Below, piece by piece: positions 31,916-41,425 of a stretch of DNA of 64,000 nucleotides; the first letter of the stretch is position 1; each line of letters begins with the position of its first letter. A program made the translations under genes and the position numbers. Location of the stretch: contig CAVSBL010000002.1 in NCBI GenBank assembly GCA_963726255.1, positions 608,001 to 672,000 on the forward strand, given 5' to 3'. This stretch comes from Candidatus Bathyarchaeota archaeon. GTDB taxonomy: Archaea > Thermoproteota > Bathyarchaeia > 40CM-2-53-6. The notes under the pieces are model-generated. The model did no database searches. It was given only the letters and a program-made list of their open reading frames with translations, and had not been told where the DNA came from.

Positions 31916-32385
31916 GAATAATACTTGACACAAACGTATTGGTCTCCGCCTTCATTTCAAGGACAGGGAATTCAGCAAGAGTGTTGGACGTCGCCCTGAC
32001 TCTTGAAGACGTGCAACTTGTTCTCTCTGAAGAAATAATCCGAGAATTTGTGCGAGTGATGTCAAGAGATGAACTGCTCGTCAGGTTTGACTATACTCTC
32101 GCCAACGTTGAAGAGCTGGCGAGACTCCTCAGGAAGACGTCTCAGATGATTGAGGTAAAATCTGAGTTCAAGGCCGTGAAAGAGGATCCTGCAGACAACA
32201 CGATTCTGAACGCAGCCTACGATGGAAAATGCGAATTCGTGGTCAGCGGAGACCATCACCTGCTGAACATCAAGAAATTCAAACGAATTAGGATCCTTTC
32301 ACCTAGGCAGATGCTCGACTTGCTGTCCAGAAGATACGGCAGGTTCGTCTCAAGCAAAGCGATCAGTGAGTCGACTTCGGATTGA
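31912..32385 (+). CDS. PIN-domain toxin (VapC/PIN_3-like)
   Basis: ILDTNVLVSA, DPADN, VSGDHHLL. Confidence 0.9.
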   Translation: MRIILDTNVLVSAFISRTGNSARVLDVALTLEDVQLVLSEEIIREFVRVMSRDELLVRFDYTLANVEELARLLRKTSQMIEVKSEFKAVKEDPADNTILNAAYDGKCEFVVSGDHHLLNIKKFKRIRILSPRQMLDLLSRRYGRFVSSKAISESTSD

Positions 32386-32389
32386 GGAG

Positions 32390-32543
32390 GCTGAGCCTCT
32401 AGGTATGGAACCGTACGCCATGAGCTGGCCGTCGCGTCTGCAAGTGAAGCGATGGTATGGGACTCCGAGAGTGACGGTAATCGCTTAGTCAATGCAGATG
32501 AGTTACCAAACGACAAGGTAACAGAACTAACAAGGTCAGGCAT
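32390..32543 (-). pseudogene. Possible degraded VapC partner of 32536..32766
   Basis: Start overlaps the antitoxin end; only a SLADATA-like PIN motif remains. Confidence 0.3.
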
Positions 32544-32766
32544 CCTCTTCCCTCATCCTGTCTAAGAGGCGTTTCATCTGTTCAGGGCTCGAGTGTTCGG
32601 ATCCACTGCCAGCTAAGTCGGCTGTATTTGGCTTAGGTTTGAGGAGTATGCCGGAACCCGAGTCGATTACTTCCAGTCGCGTGCCCTCCTTGATTTGATA
32701 CTTTTTCCTCAGCCTGACAGGGATGGTTGTTTGCCCATTTCTGGTAACGAGTACTTCTTCCGTCAT
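32536..32766 (-). CDS. AbrB/MazE/SpoVT antitoxin
   Basis: VTRNGQTTIPVRLRKKYQIKEG. Confidence 0.85.
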   Translation of the reverse strand: MTEEVLVTRNGQTTIPVRLRKKYQIKEGTRLEVIDSGSGILLKPKPNTADLAGSGSEHSSPEQMKRLLDRMREEDA

Positions 32767-32923
32767 GGTTCATCGAGGCACTTCCATCAGACATGTACTA
32801 CATTAGAGCTTGTCTTACAAGTTGAAGCTTCTCAATACTCAAGGCAACGTGAAAAAAGCGACTTCGAGAAACCCCGTGAAATCGAAGACCTGTCGAGTCC
32901 TTGTTTCCACGTCCATCTGGAAG

Positions 32924-32966
32924 CGGGTGGATCCACCCGTCTAGGGGTGGTGCCAAACGGTGCCAA
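32924..32966 (+). repeat. Bipartite palindrome/direct-repeat motif, copy 1
   Basis: C-GGGTGGATCCACCC-GTCTAGGGG-TGGTGCCAAACGGTGCCAA. Confidence 0.9.
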
Positions 32967-33143
32967 GAGTTCGGCGTTGCAGATCAGGAAGCTTGGCATG
33001 TTGAGTTGCTCGCCCTCGGATGGAGGGTTGTCACCCGCAGAGCCAAAACATCTACCATGCGGACGTTCAAGCATGGGGAAGCAGCGGCATTGAAGCGAGA
33101 AGCCCACAGCCCATAGGCGTGTGAGGACATCACTTTCTTCTTC

Positions 33144-33185
33144 GCGCCCAGCTATCCTGCTGGGCTGGCCGTCTTATTTTCTTCT
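33144..33185. repeat. 42-bp direct repeat, copy B
   Basis: GCGCCCAGC-TATCCT-GCTGGGCTGGCCGTCTTATTTTCTTCT. Confidence 0.85.
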
Positions 33186-33922
33186 TCGCCCGGTAAGGGG
33201 AAGTGCGACGGAGCAAACACCTGCGAAGATTCGGGGGGTGTGGTGAGGGGTTGTCCGCGGCCGAGGAAGTTTCGGGCGTCCACTCTTTGGTTCAGGACGC
33301 TGGCTGGAAGCGTGATGAAGGCCGGGGCGCTTCCCGAAGCGAGCACGTGCACCGCGTACAAGTCAAGGGTCGAGAGCATGGGCGGTTGCGAGGCTCGGGT
33401 CGGCGTGGCCATCGGGTCCATTACATCTGAGCTGTCGAGAATGCTTCCTAACCCTAGGACTCGTCCCAGCTCGTGCAGAGCCAGCCAAAATGGGTACTGT
33501 CCTGCCGTTAAGTTATCTGCCACGTTGAAGGTCGCGGGGTCGAGGTATGTCTGGGTTGATTTTATCAACGTCCTTGAGCCGGGCTCAAACTTGTAGTTTG
33601 TCCACCCAACCGCAATCCCTGCATAGGCCTTCGGCATATCGAAGCTAACCTTAGCGTTAGCGGATCCATCGTTCACTTCAACGAACGTGTAAACTGGGCT
33701 GGCAGCGCCCTGCCAGAGCTGAGCCTGGTTCCACGCAACCATCGCGTTCACCACAACATCATGCGCCCACGCCGGGAACTGCGGAACAGAGATGCTGATT
33801 ACAAGCGACGAATAACGGCCGATGATCGGAATCGACGGCTGAGCCGACGCGTGCACTGGAACCGCCAGGGTCAGCAGTAGTAAACCTAGGGTAATGGCGT
33901 ACGCTGAGCTACTTCGTCGCAA
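33152..33922 (-). CDS. Secreted matrixin/M10-like protein with degenerate Zn site
   Basis: Signal peptide, AWNQA, ALHELGRVLGLGS, DVMDP Met-turn. Confidence 0.75.
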   Translation of the reverse strand: MRRSSSAYAITLGLLLLTLAVPVHASAQPSIPIIGRYSSLVISISVPQFPAWAHDVVVNAMVAWNQAQLWQGAASPVYTFVEVNDGSANAKVSFDMPKAYAGIAVGWTNYKFEPGSRTLIKSTQTYLDPATFNVADNLTAGQYPFWLALHELGRVLGLGSILDSSDVMDPMATPTRASQPPMLSTLDLYAVHVLASGSAPAFITLPASVLNQRVDARNFLGRGQPLTTPPESSQVFAPSHFPLPGEEENKTASPAG

Positions 33923-34042
33923 CTATTGTCTAGATGAATAAGTCTAGTATTCTAGAAATGATGACCGTAACCACACATGGAACACTATGGTGACATTTCT
34001 ACAACAACATACGCTGTAAGCTGCCCGCCCTGGCTTAGGGAA

Positions 34043-34525
34043 TCAAAAGTACCGAAGCGGCGCAGGCTGGGGAATTCCTAGCCGAACAGACATTCGTTTC
34101 CAGATGCTAAGGCGAATGGGAGTATGCACTTCCGAAAGTTTATTGGTCGTTCTATCGAGAGCGAACCATTGCTTCTCATGGCAGGTTTCGCATTCAACCT
34201 CGTTCTCGCCGGTTGCCTTGAGGTTTCGGCATCCGCAGACGCGGCAGGCGACGCGTGTAGCTATGCGCACACTGTCGCTCCGTTCGCGAGATTTTGGGTC
34301 GTCAATTGACCGCAACAGGCTTACGGTTTGAACTGGGGAGATGGCGCCTGGTTTCCGTCGGATCTGCACGTCGGGATATTGTCTGATTTCTATAAACTCC
34401 CATCGGGCCAGGAATTCAACGGTTTGCTTCAGCGTGCTTTCGTCTAGGCCTGAGGTCTGTTTCAGCGTCTCCTGGCTTTCCCATTCCAGTTCGGGTATCG
34501 CTGACCAGACAGATTCGAGGAACAT
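34043..34525 (-). CDS. wHTH plus Zn-ribbon protein
   Basis: N-terminal HTH-like helices; CRVCGC...CETC. Confidence 0.65.
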   Translation of the reverse strand: MFLESVWSAIPELEWESQETLKQTSGLDESTLKQTVEFLARWEFIEIRQYPDVQIRRKPGAISPVQTVSLLRSIDDPKSRERSDSVRIATRVACRVCGCRNLKATGENEVECETCHEKQWFALDRTTNKLSEVHTPIRLSIWKRMSVRLGIPQPAPLRYF

Positions 34526-34722
34526 TATCCCGCAGTCTCAAATACGGGTTAACCCGTGACGGAAGGTAAGTCCACTGTCACTGAAGTTCGTCAACGTCAG
34601 TGTCATAGAACAATCTAGAACACTCGCAACAATCTTCTATATGCGAGTCAACCCCAACTTTGCGCTACCCCGGACGCAAACGCCTAATGGTGCGCCCAAT
34701 TTTCTAGTGGCCCAGATGGTTC

Positions 34723-34968
34723 TTGGCGCGCAGGAACATGCTCCTCCGTCCCGTGGCCTTGACGATGTTCGTTTTCGGCCTGCTAGTGTGGTTCTATGTC
34801 ATCCTAATTCAGGTTACGCATCCTGAATGGCTTCCCGCGCAATTCTCGCACGTGGGCTTTCCACCTTTCAATTGGCGGCTCGACGAGGTCGGTATGCTTG
34901 CATTCGCCGTTGCGATTGCCGGGTTCTTCTTGTGGCAACTCAACGAAACCAAGCCTCGCGCCGGGTAA
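34723..34968 (+). CDS. Small two-TM membrane protein
   Basis: Two hydrophobic helices flanking QVTHPEWL. Confidence 0.6.
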   Translation: MARRNMLLRPVALTMFVFGLLVWFYVILIQVTHPEWLPAQFSHVGFPPFNWRLDEVGMLAFAVAIAGFFLWQLNETKPRAG

Positions 34969-34985
34969 TCACGGATTTCGCAGCG

Positions 34986-35028
34986 TGGGTGGATCCACCC
35001 ATAGACGGCTGGCGCCAAATGGTGCCAC
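34986..35028 (+). repeat. Bipartite palindrome/direct-repeat motif, copy 2
   Basis: T-GGGTGGATCCACCC-ATAGACGGC-TGGCGCCAAATGGTGCCAC. Confidence 0.9.
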
Positions 35029-35295
35029 CCATTTCTCCACCGAACAGCGATGACTAGCCCGTTATCCCGAGAAACTTGCTTTGGACGCTGAAACTTTCCC
35101 ACCCTCCCTCAAACGCCCCGTCCGCACGCTCAATCACAAACATAGCAAAGTAACATAGTTGGCTCCAAAAATAGCGCCACCCCCCTACCCCCTCCTCCAC
35201 GCGCAGGCGCACAGCAACCCCTCTCGCCTACGCGAACAAGGTAGCTCAAAACGCGGGGCGCAACGTACCCCAAGAAACTGAGGTGCGAACGTGGC

Positions 35296-35586
35296 CTACT
35301 TCTTTCTTCGGCTGGACGTTCTGCGAGGCGTTTTCGCGGCGGGCTCAGCGCTTACGGGTTCTGTTTCCAGCGGCGCCGGCGGCGGTGTCGTAAGCATCGT
35401 CCAACCAATCCACGCAGATATCACGAGCACGAGCAAGACGAACAGGAGGACGGGTATCCCAATCGCCCACCACTGCCAAGCCGTCGGCAGCCCAAGGAAC
35501 GGGGCGAAGAACGCAACCAGGTAACCAATCGCAACAATAATCGATATGAAGAAGATCACGAAGCCGTAGCCCTGATCCTTACTCAT
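35296..35586 (-). CDS. Small two-TM archaeal protein, DPM2/PIG-P-like
   Basis: KDQ..G..TM1, WAIGIP..TM2..WIGWTMLTTPPP. Confidence 0.7.
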   Translation of the reverse strand: MSKDQGYGFVIFFISIIVAIGYLVAFFAPFLGLPTAWQWWAIGIPVLLFVLLVLVISAWIGWTMLTTPPPAPLETEPVSAEPAAKTPRRTSSRRKK

Positions 35587-35652
35587 CGAAACTCACAAGC
35601 TACCCGCGCAACTAGCCGTCGAACCCAATATAAGCTTTAGCAAACCCGCGGC

Positions 35653-37500
35653 TCAATTTAGTTGCTTGTACCCCGGTCTCTGACTGAGTTTAACGGGGAG
35701 CTTCAGCGGGATTGTCGGGTAACCTGTGATGGAAGTGGTTATTTCCTTTTCAAGCTCAGAAACATTCGCATTGTACTGTTTTCCGTCCAGCCGGCGGCGA
35801 ACCGCAACCATGTTCGCGTCGGCTTCCCTTTTTCCTACGACGGCAACGTACGGTATCCAGTTTAGTTCAGCTTCGCGCACACGCTTATCGAGGCTCTCAT
35901 CTCTATCGTCGACATCAGCCCTGACATGCGACGCAGTAAGCTGATCAACCATCTTCTGCGCATAGCCCAAGAACTCAGGCCTAACAGGAACAACTCGGAC
36001 CTGCGTTGGCGACAACCACAACGGCAGGCTCGGCTTGCCACCTCGCTTCTCCGTTCTCGCACACTCATCTAGCACCGTGAAGAGGTAACGTTCAATCGAG
36101 CCAATGATAGCGGTGTGGATTATGGGCGGAAATTCTTTTGCACCTTTCTCATCGACGTACGAGATGGCGAAACGTTTCGCGTTCCCCGTATCGATTTGGA
36201 AAGTCGCAATCTCCCTCGGGCGCTCAAGCTCATCGATTATGTGGTATTCTATGTTGAGAACCCAATAGTAGATACCCTCAGGCACAAAGTTCAGCAGTGC
36301 CGGTTTCCCCTCCCGCTTCACAAGCTTCATCACGTAATCCTTGTGTGACTCAAGGAAGCTCTGGGTAATGTTGTAGACCGAGACATAATCCCTGCCAAGT
36401 TTCCCAATTTCCTCGTAGATTTTATCATGCAACTTCAGCGTCACCTCTTTCGCCTCTTCCAGGTTCTTGCAGTAGATGTGGCAGTCAGGCATGTGCAATT
36501 TCCTCAGCCTAAACGAGAGGAGAAGCTCACCGCTTTGCTCCAAACGGTATGAGTCAGCCACTTCGAAGGTGCCGAACGGTAAGTGCCTGTAGCTCAACGT
36601 CCAATTCCTCACCGCCGCAAACTGCTGGTGGCAGGCAGCATACCGCATGACGAAGCTCTTGTTCTCCACCTCAAGCCTATACAGCCTAGAACCGAACAGG
36701 TCTGCATGCTCCTTCACGGCGGGGACGGCTAGGTCGAACATGTTCGTGCCCTTCACCTGAAGAATTGGTAACCCAACAGAGTTCACCGTACTCCACGAGT
36801 ATTCGCTGATCAGGTCGAAGATCATTACGCCCTCAGGGCTGTAACGCATGTGGCCTACGTCGGAGAAGTTTTCCCATTCGATGCCGAACTTCTTGCAGTA
36901 TTCCAGGTATCGCGGTTCCCCGCCGGGCAACCCTTTCTTGAGCGCCTCCTTCTCCACAAGTGTTCGGAACTCCTCCTCGCCCGCTTTGAACACGTACTCA
37001 TCAGGCTCGTAGAGCTCGCCATCCAACGCGAGAACCTTGTAGAACGTCTTCACCGGCGCAGCCTCCGCCTTAGCCTGCTCAGGCCTAATTGTCCGGGATA
37101 GTTCGGAGAGGGGGTGGCCCAGGCAGTGGAGGCTGAAACTCTTGTAATACCCAAATGGGCTACGGTGAACCTCATAGCTCATCTCGTTAAGGGTCATGCT
37201 CATTTGTTGCAGAATCGAAATCGCGGTGCCCGCGGAGGCTAGGCTGCTTGAAAGGTGGGCGTAGGGGTAGACCAAGATGCGGTTCGTTCTTACGGACTTT
37301 GCTACTTCCGCGATGGATTCCGTAGCTTTCCCGACAACTTCAGCGGGATTCTGCTCGTCCTCCTTCTCAATGGTCGAGAAGGCCACGAGCACGTTCTCAA
37401 ATTTACCAGCACGGTTGTTCTCTAGGGGCTCAGGGTTCTTGACCGCGGTCTGGCGGACTTCGTACTCGAACGATTCGCAATGAAGCAAAAGAAGCCTCAT
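35653..37500 (-). CDS. thrS: Threonyl-tRNA synthetase, archaeal type with N-terminal editing domain
   Basis: MRLLLLHC start, YPYAHLSS, PFGYYKSF, RYAAC, HTAIIGSIER. Confidence 0.95.
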   Translation of the reverse strand: MRLLLLHCESFEYEVRQTAVKNPEPLENNRAGKFENVLVAFSTIEKEDEQNPAEVVGKATESIAEVAKSVRTNRILVYPYAHLSSSLASAGTAISILQQMSMTLNEMSYEVHRSPFGYYKSFSLHCLGHPLSELSRTIRPEQAKAEAAPVKTFYKVLALDGELYEPDEYVFKAGEEEFRTLVEKEALKKGLPGGEPRYLEYCKKFGIEWENFSDVGHMRYSPEGVMIFDLISEYSWSTVNSVGLPILQVKGTNMFDLAVPAVKEHADLFGSRLYRLEVENKSFVMRYAACHQQFAAVRNWTLSYRHLPFGTFEVADSYRLEQSGELLLSFRLRKLHMPDCHIYCKNLEEAKEVTLKLHDKIYEEIGKLGRDYVSVYNITQSFLESHKDYVMKLVKREGKPALLNFVPEGIYYWVLNIEYHIIDELERPREIATFQIDTGNAKRFAISYVDEKGAKEFPPIIHTAIIGSIERYLFTVLDECARTEKRGGKPSLPLWLSPTQVRVVPVRPEFLGYAQKMVDQLTASHVRADVDDRDESLDKRVREAELNWIPYVAVVGKREADANMVAVRRRLDGKQYNANVSELEKEITTSITGYPTIPLKLPVKLSQRPGYKQLN

Positions 37501-37703
37501 GCTGAGAATCTCCACTTGTCCAGTTGCCGGTCCTTGCACGTAAGCTTCTTGAATTCCCGGTAGTGCGTCTTGCACAAGTAAGCTCTGCGAGCGTTGCCTA
37601 TGTTTAGGCCACTATGTGCGACTTTCTCAGTTGAAATAGACCGCGTAGCAGCGTTACTGCAGCCCACGACGCTGCATTGTTGCCCCTTGCCCACCTTGCC
37701 CAT
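37497..37703 (-). CDS. Small basic Zn-finger protein
   Basis: MGKVGKGQQCSVVGC...YLCKTHY; overlaps the thrS start (ATGA). Confidence 0.75.
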   Translation of the reverse strand: MGKVGKGQQCSVVGCSNAATRSISTEKVAHSGLNIGNARRAYLCKTHYREFKKLTCKDRQLDKWRFSA

Positions 37704-37769
37704 CGAAATCACGCCCAGAAGGCCAAGGGTGCTTGAAAAACTTGGTTTTTCACGAAACGCCCTTAAGCT

Positions 37770-38396
37770 GTGATTCCCATTTGGCGCACGCTGATTCACT
37801 TGTTAGGCAAGTTCAGGGCGAAGTATGAAGCTGCGATGAAGCCCATCGGCAGCCGGCTCGGGAAATCCGGGTTGAAGCCCAACACAATAACCACTCTGAG
37901 CCTCCTAGTTTCAATTTTGGCTGGTGGCGCTTACGTCCTCAAATCACCCATTCTAGGGGCTCTTGGCCTTGTGGCGGCCGGCTTTATCGATATGCTCGAT
38001 GGGGCAGTCGCTCGCGCAACAGGGACGAGTAGCAAATTTGGGGCTGTATACGATCACGTACTCGATAGGTATGCAGAGTTCGCAGTTCTCCTTGGTATCG
38101 GGCTCGGAGGGTTCGTGGGCTGGCCGTGGATAGTCTTCGCACTTTTCGGAATGGTGATGGCCAGTTACACGAGGGCGAAAGCCGAGTCGGTTGGGGGCCT
38201 CTCAAGCTGTACCGTAGGCATCGCGGAGCGCCAGGAAAAGATAATTCTACTGCTAATAGGTTCAGTGCTTCAGCCATACGTTAACGTGGCGCTCACCTTC
38301 AGCACGATTGCGGTGGGTTTATTGTCGCACGTGACCGTGGTCCAGAGACTTCACTACACACTCAAACAAACTCGAGGCCAAAACGTTGCACTATGA
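37770..38396 (+). CDS. CDP-alcohol phosphatidyltransferase (archaetidylinositol-phosphate synthase-like)
   Basis: PNTIT, DMLDGAVAR...G..YDHVLDR, SYTRAKAE. Confidence 0.9.
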   Translation: MIPIWRTLIHLLGKFRAKYEAAMKPIGSRLGKSGLKPNTITTLSLLVSILAGGAYVLKSPILGALGLVAAGFIDMLDGAVARATGTSSKFGAVYDHVLDRYAEFAVLLGIGLGGFVGWPWIVFALFGMVMASYTRAKAESVGGLSSCTVGIAERQEKIILLLIGSVLQPYVNVALTFSTIAVGLLSHVTVVQRLHYTLKQTRGQNVAL

Positions 38397-39315
38397 TCTG
38401 GTAGGCATCGGCAATCCCGTGTATGACATCATCGTCACCCCCTGGACCAAAACAAACGGCCGAGTTCTTTCAGGATGCAGTACCAACGCTTGCCTTGCGG
38501 CGAAACGGCTTGGCATGGAGAAAGTGGGCTTAGTCGGATGCATTGGCCCAGACTTTGCGCGAAGATTTGCGGATGACATGAAGAACTTTCACTTAGACTC
38601 CAGAATGGAGGTCGGCGGGACGGAGACGGGTGGGTTCCACCTCATCTACGATGAAAACGGCAATAGGACCCTGGACGTTCTGGGCGTGGCCGGAAAAATA
38701 ACGCCAGAGAACTTTCCGAAGGAGTTCTTGGATGCGGAATACCTATTGATCGGCCCAATCCTCGGCGAAGTAAACGTTGAGCTTCTCCAGTTCATACGCT
38801 CGTCCAGTTCCGCAAGAATATTCCTGGACCCGCAGGGCTTGATCAGAGTAGTCGGAAAGGACAGGCGCATCGACCATCAATGCAACAAAGACGAATTTCA
38901 CAAAATTAGCAAGTTAGTTGACTTTGTCAAACCGAACGAGCACGAGAGTGAAACCATAACCGGAGAAAGGGACCCTGTACTCGCCCTCCGCAAACTAGGG
39001 GATATGGCGAAGGGCGTGCCCATGGTTACGCTTGCGGAAAAAGGGTCTCTACTAATGAATGCTGATAGGCTGTATCGAATCCCACCCTATCCCACACATG
39101 CTACCGACCCCACAGGCGCGGGAGATGTTTACGCCGGCTCCTTCATCACTGAATACAAGAAAAGTGGCAGTCTCCCAGAGGCCGCCCTCTTCGCCTCGGC
39201 CGCAGCATCAATAATGGTCGAACAAACTGGGCCTGATTTCAAGATGCCCCTGGATGAGGTGCTGGAAAGAAAGGAAGCGATCCGCGGTCGTCTGACCGTG
39301 GAGCGGCTGGCTTAG
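38386..39315 (+). CDS. PfkB family carbohydrate kinase
   Basis: KPNEHE, DPTGAGDVY. Confidence 0.9.
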   Translation: MHYDLVGIGNPVYDIIVTPWTKTNGRVLSGCSTNACLAAKRLGMEKVGLVGCIGPDFARRFADDMKNFHLDSRMEVGGTETGGFHLIYDENGNRTLDVLGVAGKITPENFPKEFLDAEYLLIGPILGEVNVELLQFIRSSSSARIFLDPQGLIRVVGKDRRIDHQCNKDEFHKISKLVDFVKPNEHESETITGERDPVLALRKLGDMAKGVPMVTLAEKGSLLMNADRLYRIPPYPTHATDPTGAGDVYAGSFITEYKKSGSLPEAALFASAAASIMVEQTGPDFKMPLDEVLERKEAIRGRLTVERLA

Positions 39316-39587
39316 TAGAAGTGCCTTTCGTCTCTCGATCTTACCTTCGTAAGCCCGAAGTGTACAGCGCAGGAGACGCAGTAGAACTTGACGACTCGCT
39401 GCCGTGCGATGTACGTCCCGTGGGAACGCAGTTCACGTGCAAGGGACGGTTCCACCAACGAAATCCATTGCGTGTCGCGCTTAGCCTTGTCCCTAGGAAC
39501 TGGCCTACCACAGTTAGTGCACTGAATCATCTCGCTCCGCCCCTTACCTCCCTTACTTCGGCCGCGAGATTTTCTCTTCTTCGTCAA
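39312..39587 (-). CDS. rps26e: Ribosomal protein eS26
   Basis: MTKKRKSRGRSKG, CTNCGRPVPRDKA, YCVSCAVH. Confidence 0.95.
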   Translation of the reverse strand: MTKKRKSRGRSKGGKGRSEMIQCTNCGRPVPRDKAKRDTQWISLVEPSLARELRSHGTYIARQRVVKFYCVSCAVHFGLTKVRSRDERHFY

Positions 39588-39662
39588 ACCTTATCCTCCA
39601 CCGTAAACTCGCGTCTGCCGTGCTTAAACGTTGTTGTGGGTGCTAGGCGTGGGTTGGAGCGA

Positions 39663-41113
39663 CTAGTAAGATTTCGCGAAGTATGCAACCTTCGCAGTAG
39701 GATTTTCGCAATAGATGCAGCTTGAGAATGGCTTCTCCTCGACGAGAGGAATAGTGCGTATAGTAGCCCCTGTCTCAGTCTTTATCGCCTCTTCGCACTC
39801 GCCTCGCCCGCACCAGCATGCCCTCACGAATCCCCGCGGACATTCAACGTTTTCTTGAATTGCGCATAGTCACTTGCTTGGGTTATTGAATCGGTGAGTG
39901 CTGACTTAGCCTTAGAGAAGAGAGCCTTCTGAATCTCGTCGAGGCATCTCTGAACTTCACCAACGATGGCGTCATCTTTGACCGTGAGCTTCTGCAGGTT
40001 GTCGCGCCGGACCAATGTCACTTGTTTCTTCTCAACGTCCTTCGGCCCGATTTCCATCCTAAGCGGGACCCCCTTGAGCTCCCATTCGTTGAACTTCCAC
40101 CCAGGCGTGTACTGTTCACGGGAGTCCACATGCACCGCCAGGCCAGCCTTCCTTAACTGGTCAGCAGTTGATCGAACCTTTTCCGAAACCGTTTCAGCCC
40201 GCTCAGTCTTGTAGTATATGGGAACGATGACAACTTGAATCGGAGCAATTCGAGGCGGCACGACCAATCCCTTGTCGTCGCTGTGAAGCATGATCATCGC
40301 GCTGATCAGCCGCCACGAGACACCCCAAGAGGTTGTCCAAGCATAGTGGGTCTGCTCGTCTTGCCCTAGGTATTTGATCTCGAAGGGCTTCGAAAAGTTC
40401 TGCCCGAGGTTGTGTGACGTACCCATCTGCATTGCTCTGCCATCCGGCATGATTGCTTCAAGGGTTGTCGTGTAGAGGGCTCCAACGAACTTCTCTTTCT
40501 CGCTTTTATACCCGAGCAGAACTGGGGCCGCCATCTGCTCCTCGACCAGCTCCCGGTAGAATTCCAGTATCATCATGACCTCCTTGTCCGCATCTTCTTT
40601 AGTAGCGTGCACAGTGTGGCCTTCCTGCCAAAGGAACTCAGAGGTTCTGATGAAGGGTCGAGTAGCAGTAATCTCAGACCGCAGTACCGAGTTCCAGAGG
40701 TTAATCAACAGCGGTAGGTCTCGCCAGCTTCGAACCCATTTCGAATACGCGTCGTTGACTATGGTTTCAGATGTGGGACGAACCGCGAGCCGTTCGGAGA
40801 GCTTATTCTCTCCTGCCTCCGTTACCCAGAACACTTCCGGGGTGAAACCTTTGAAGTGCTCAGCTTCCTTCTTGAGGTAACTTTCCGGAATGAAAAGCGG
40901 GAAGTAAGCGTTCGAGTGCCCGGACTCCTTCAGCCTCCCGTCCAACCACTCCTTAATTTTCTCCCATATCGAATACCCATAGGGCCGAAGAACCATGAAA
41001 CCCTTCATCGGAGCGTAGTCAGCAAGTTCTGCCTTAGTCACTACCTGTGTGTACCATTCCGAAAGGTCCTCAGCCTTCTTCACAGTAATGCCAATTTCCT
41101 TACTCAACACCAA
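39663..41113 (-). CDS. proS: Prolyl-tRNA synthetase, archaeal/eukaryal type; frameshift at the 39832-39835 homopolymer
   Basis: VRPTSET, FIRTSEFLWQEGHT, GTSHNLGQNF; the C-terminal Zn domain (ACWCG...CIYC...FAKSY) continues in another frame to TAG at 39663. Confidence 0.93.
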
Positions 41114-41425
41114 ACCACTCCCGAGAACAATGCCGCATAGGGACTAGTGAAAGAGTTCGTTTAGGCTTCTGGAACGAAAACACCGGAACTTTCCAAGCGT
41201 ACCATTGCCTCAACAATCTAGCAAGAGTGCTGTATTACCATATTTAGTGTTTGCTCGTATTTGCGATGCGTTGTTGGGAGTACCCACATAGAATCAGTCT
41301 TGAACTCGGTTCTGAGCATTGTGAGTGTTTCCGCACGAGTCCTAAATCGTAGGTTCGCCACATTCCAAATGTTGGGCCTAAGGCCTTTATTGTCGCCGCA
41401 CTAGAATCCACTCGGCGTCCGTTTC

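Noticed and set aside
32900-32922. ORB-like words (TTCCAGATGGA, GTGGAAACAAGG on the minus strand) as a replication origin
   Set aside because: Poor match, no repeated ORB array, no cdc6/orc1 nearby and no AT-rich unwinding element
39824-39840. Programmed frameshift or pseudogenisation of proS
   Set aside because: One missing base in a 4-nt G/C run of an essential gene, with no slippery heptamer; most likely a homopolymer assembly error
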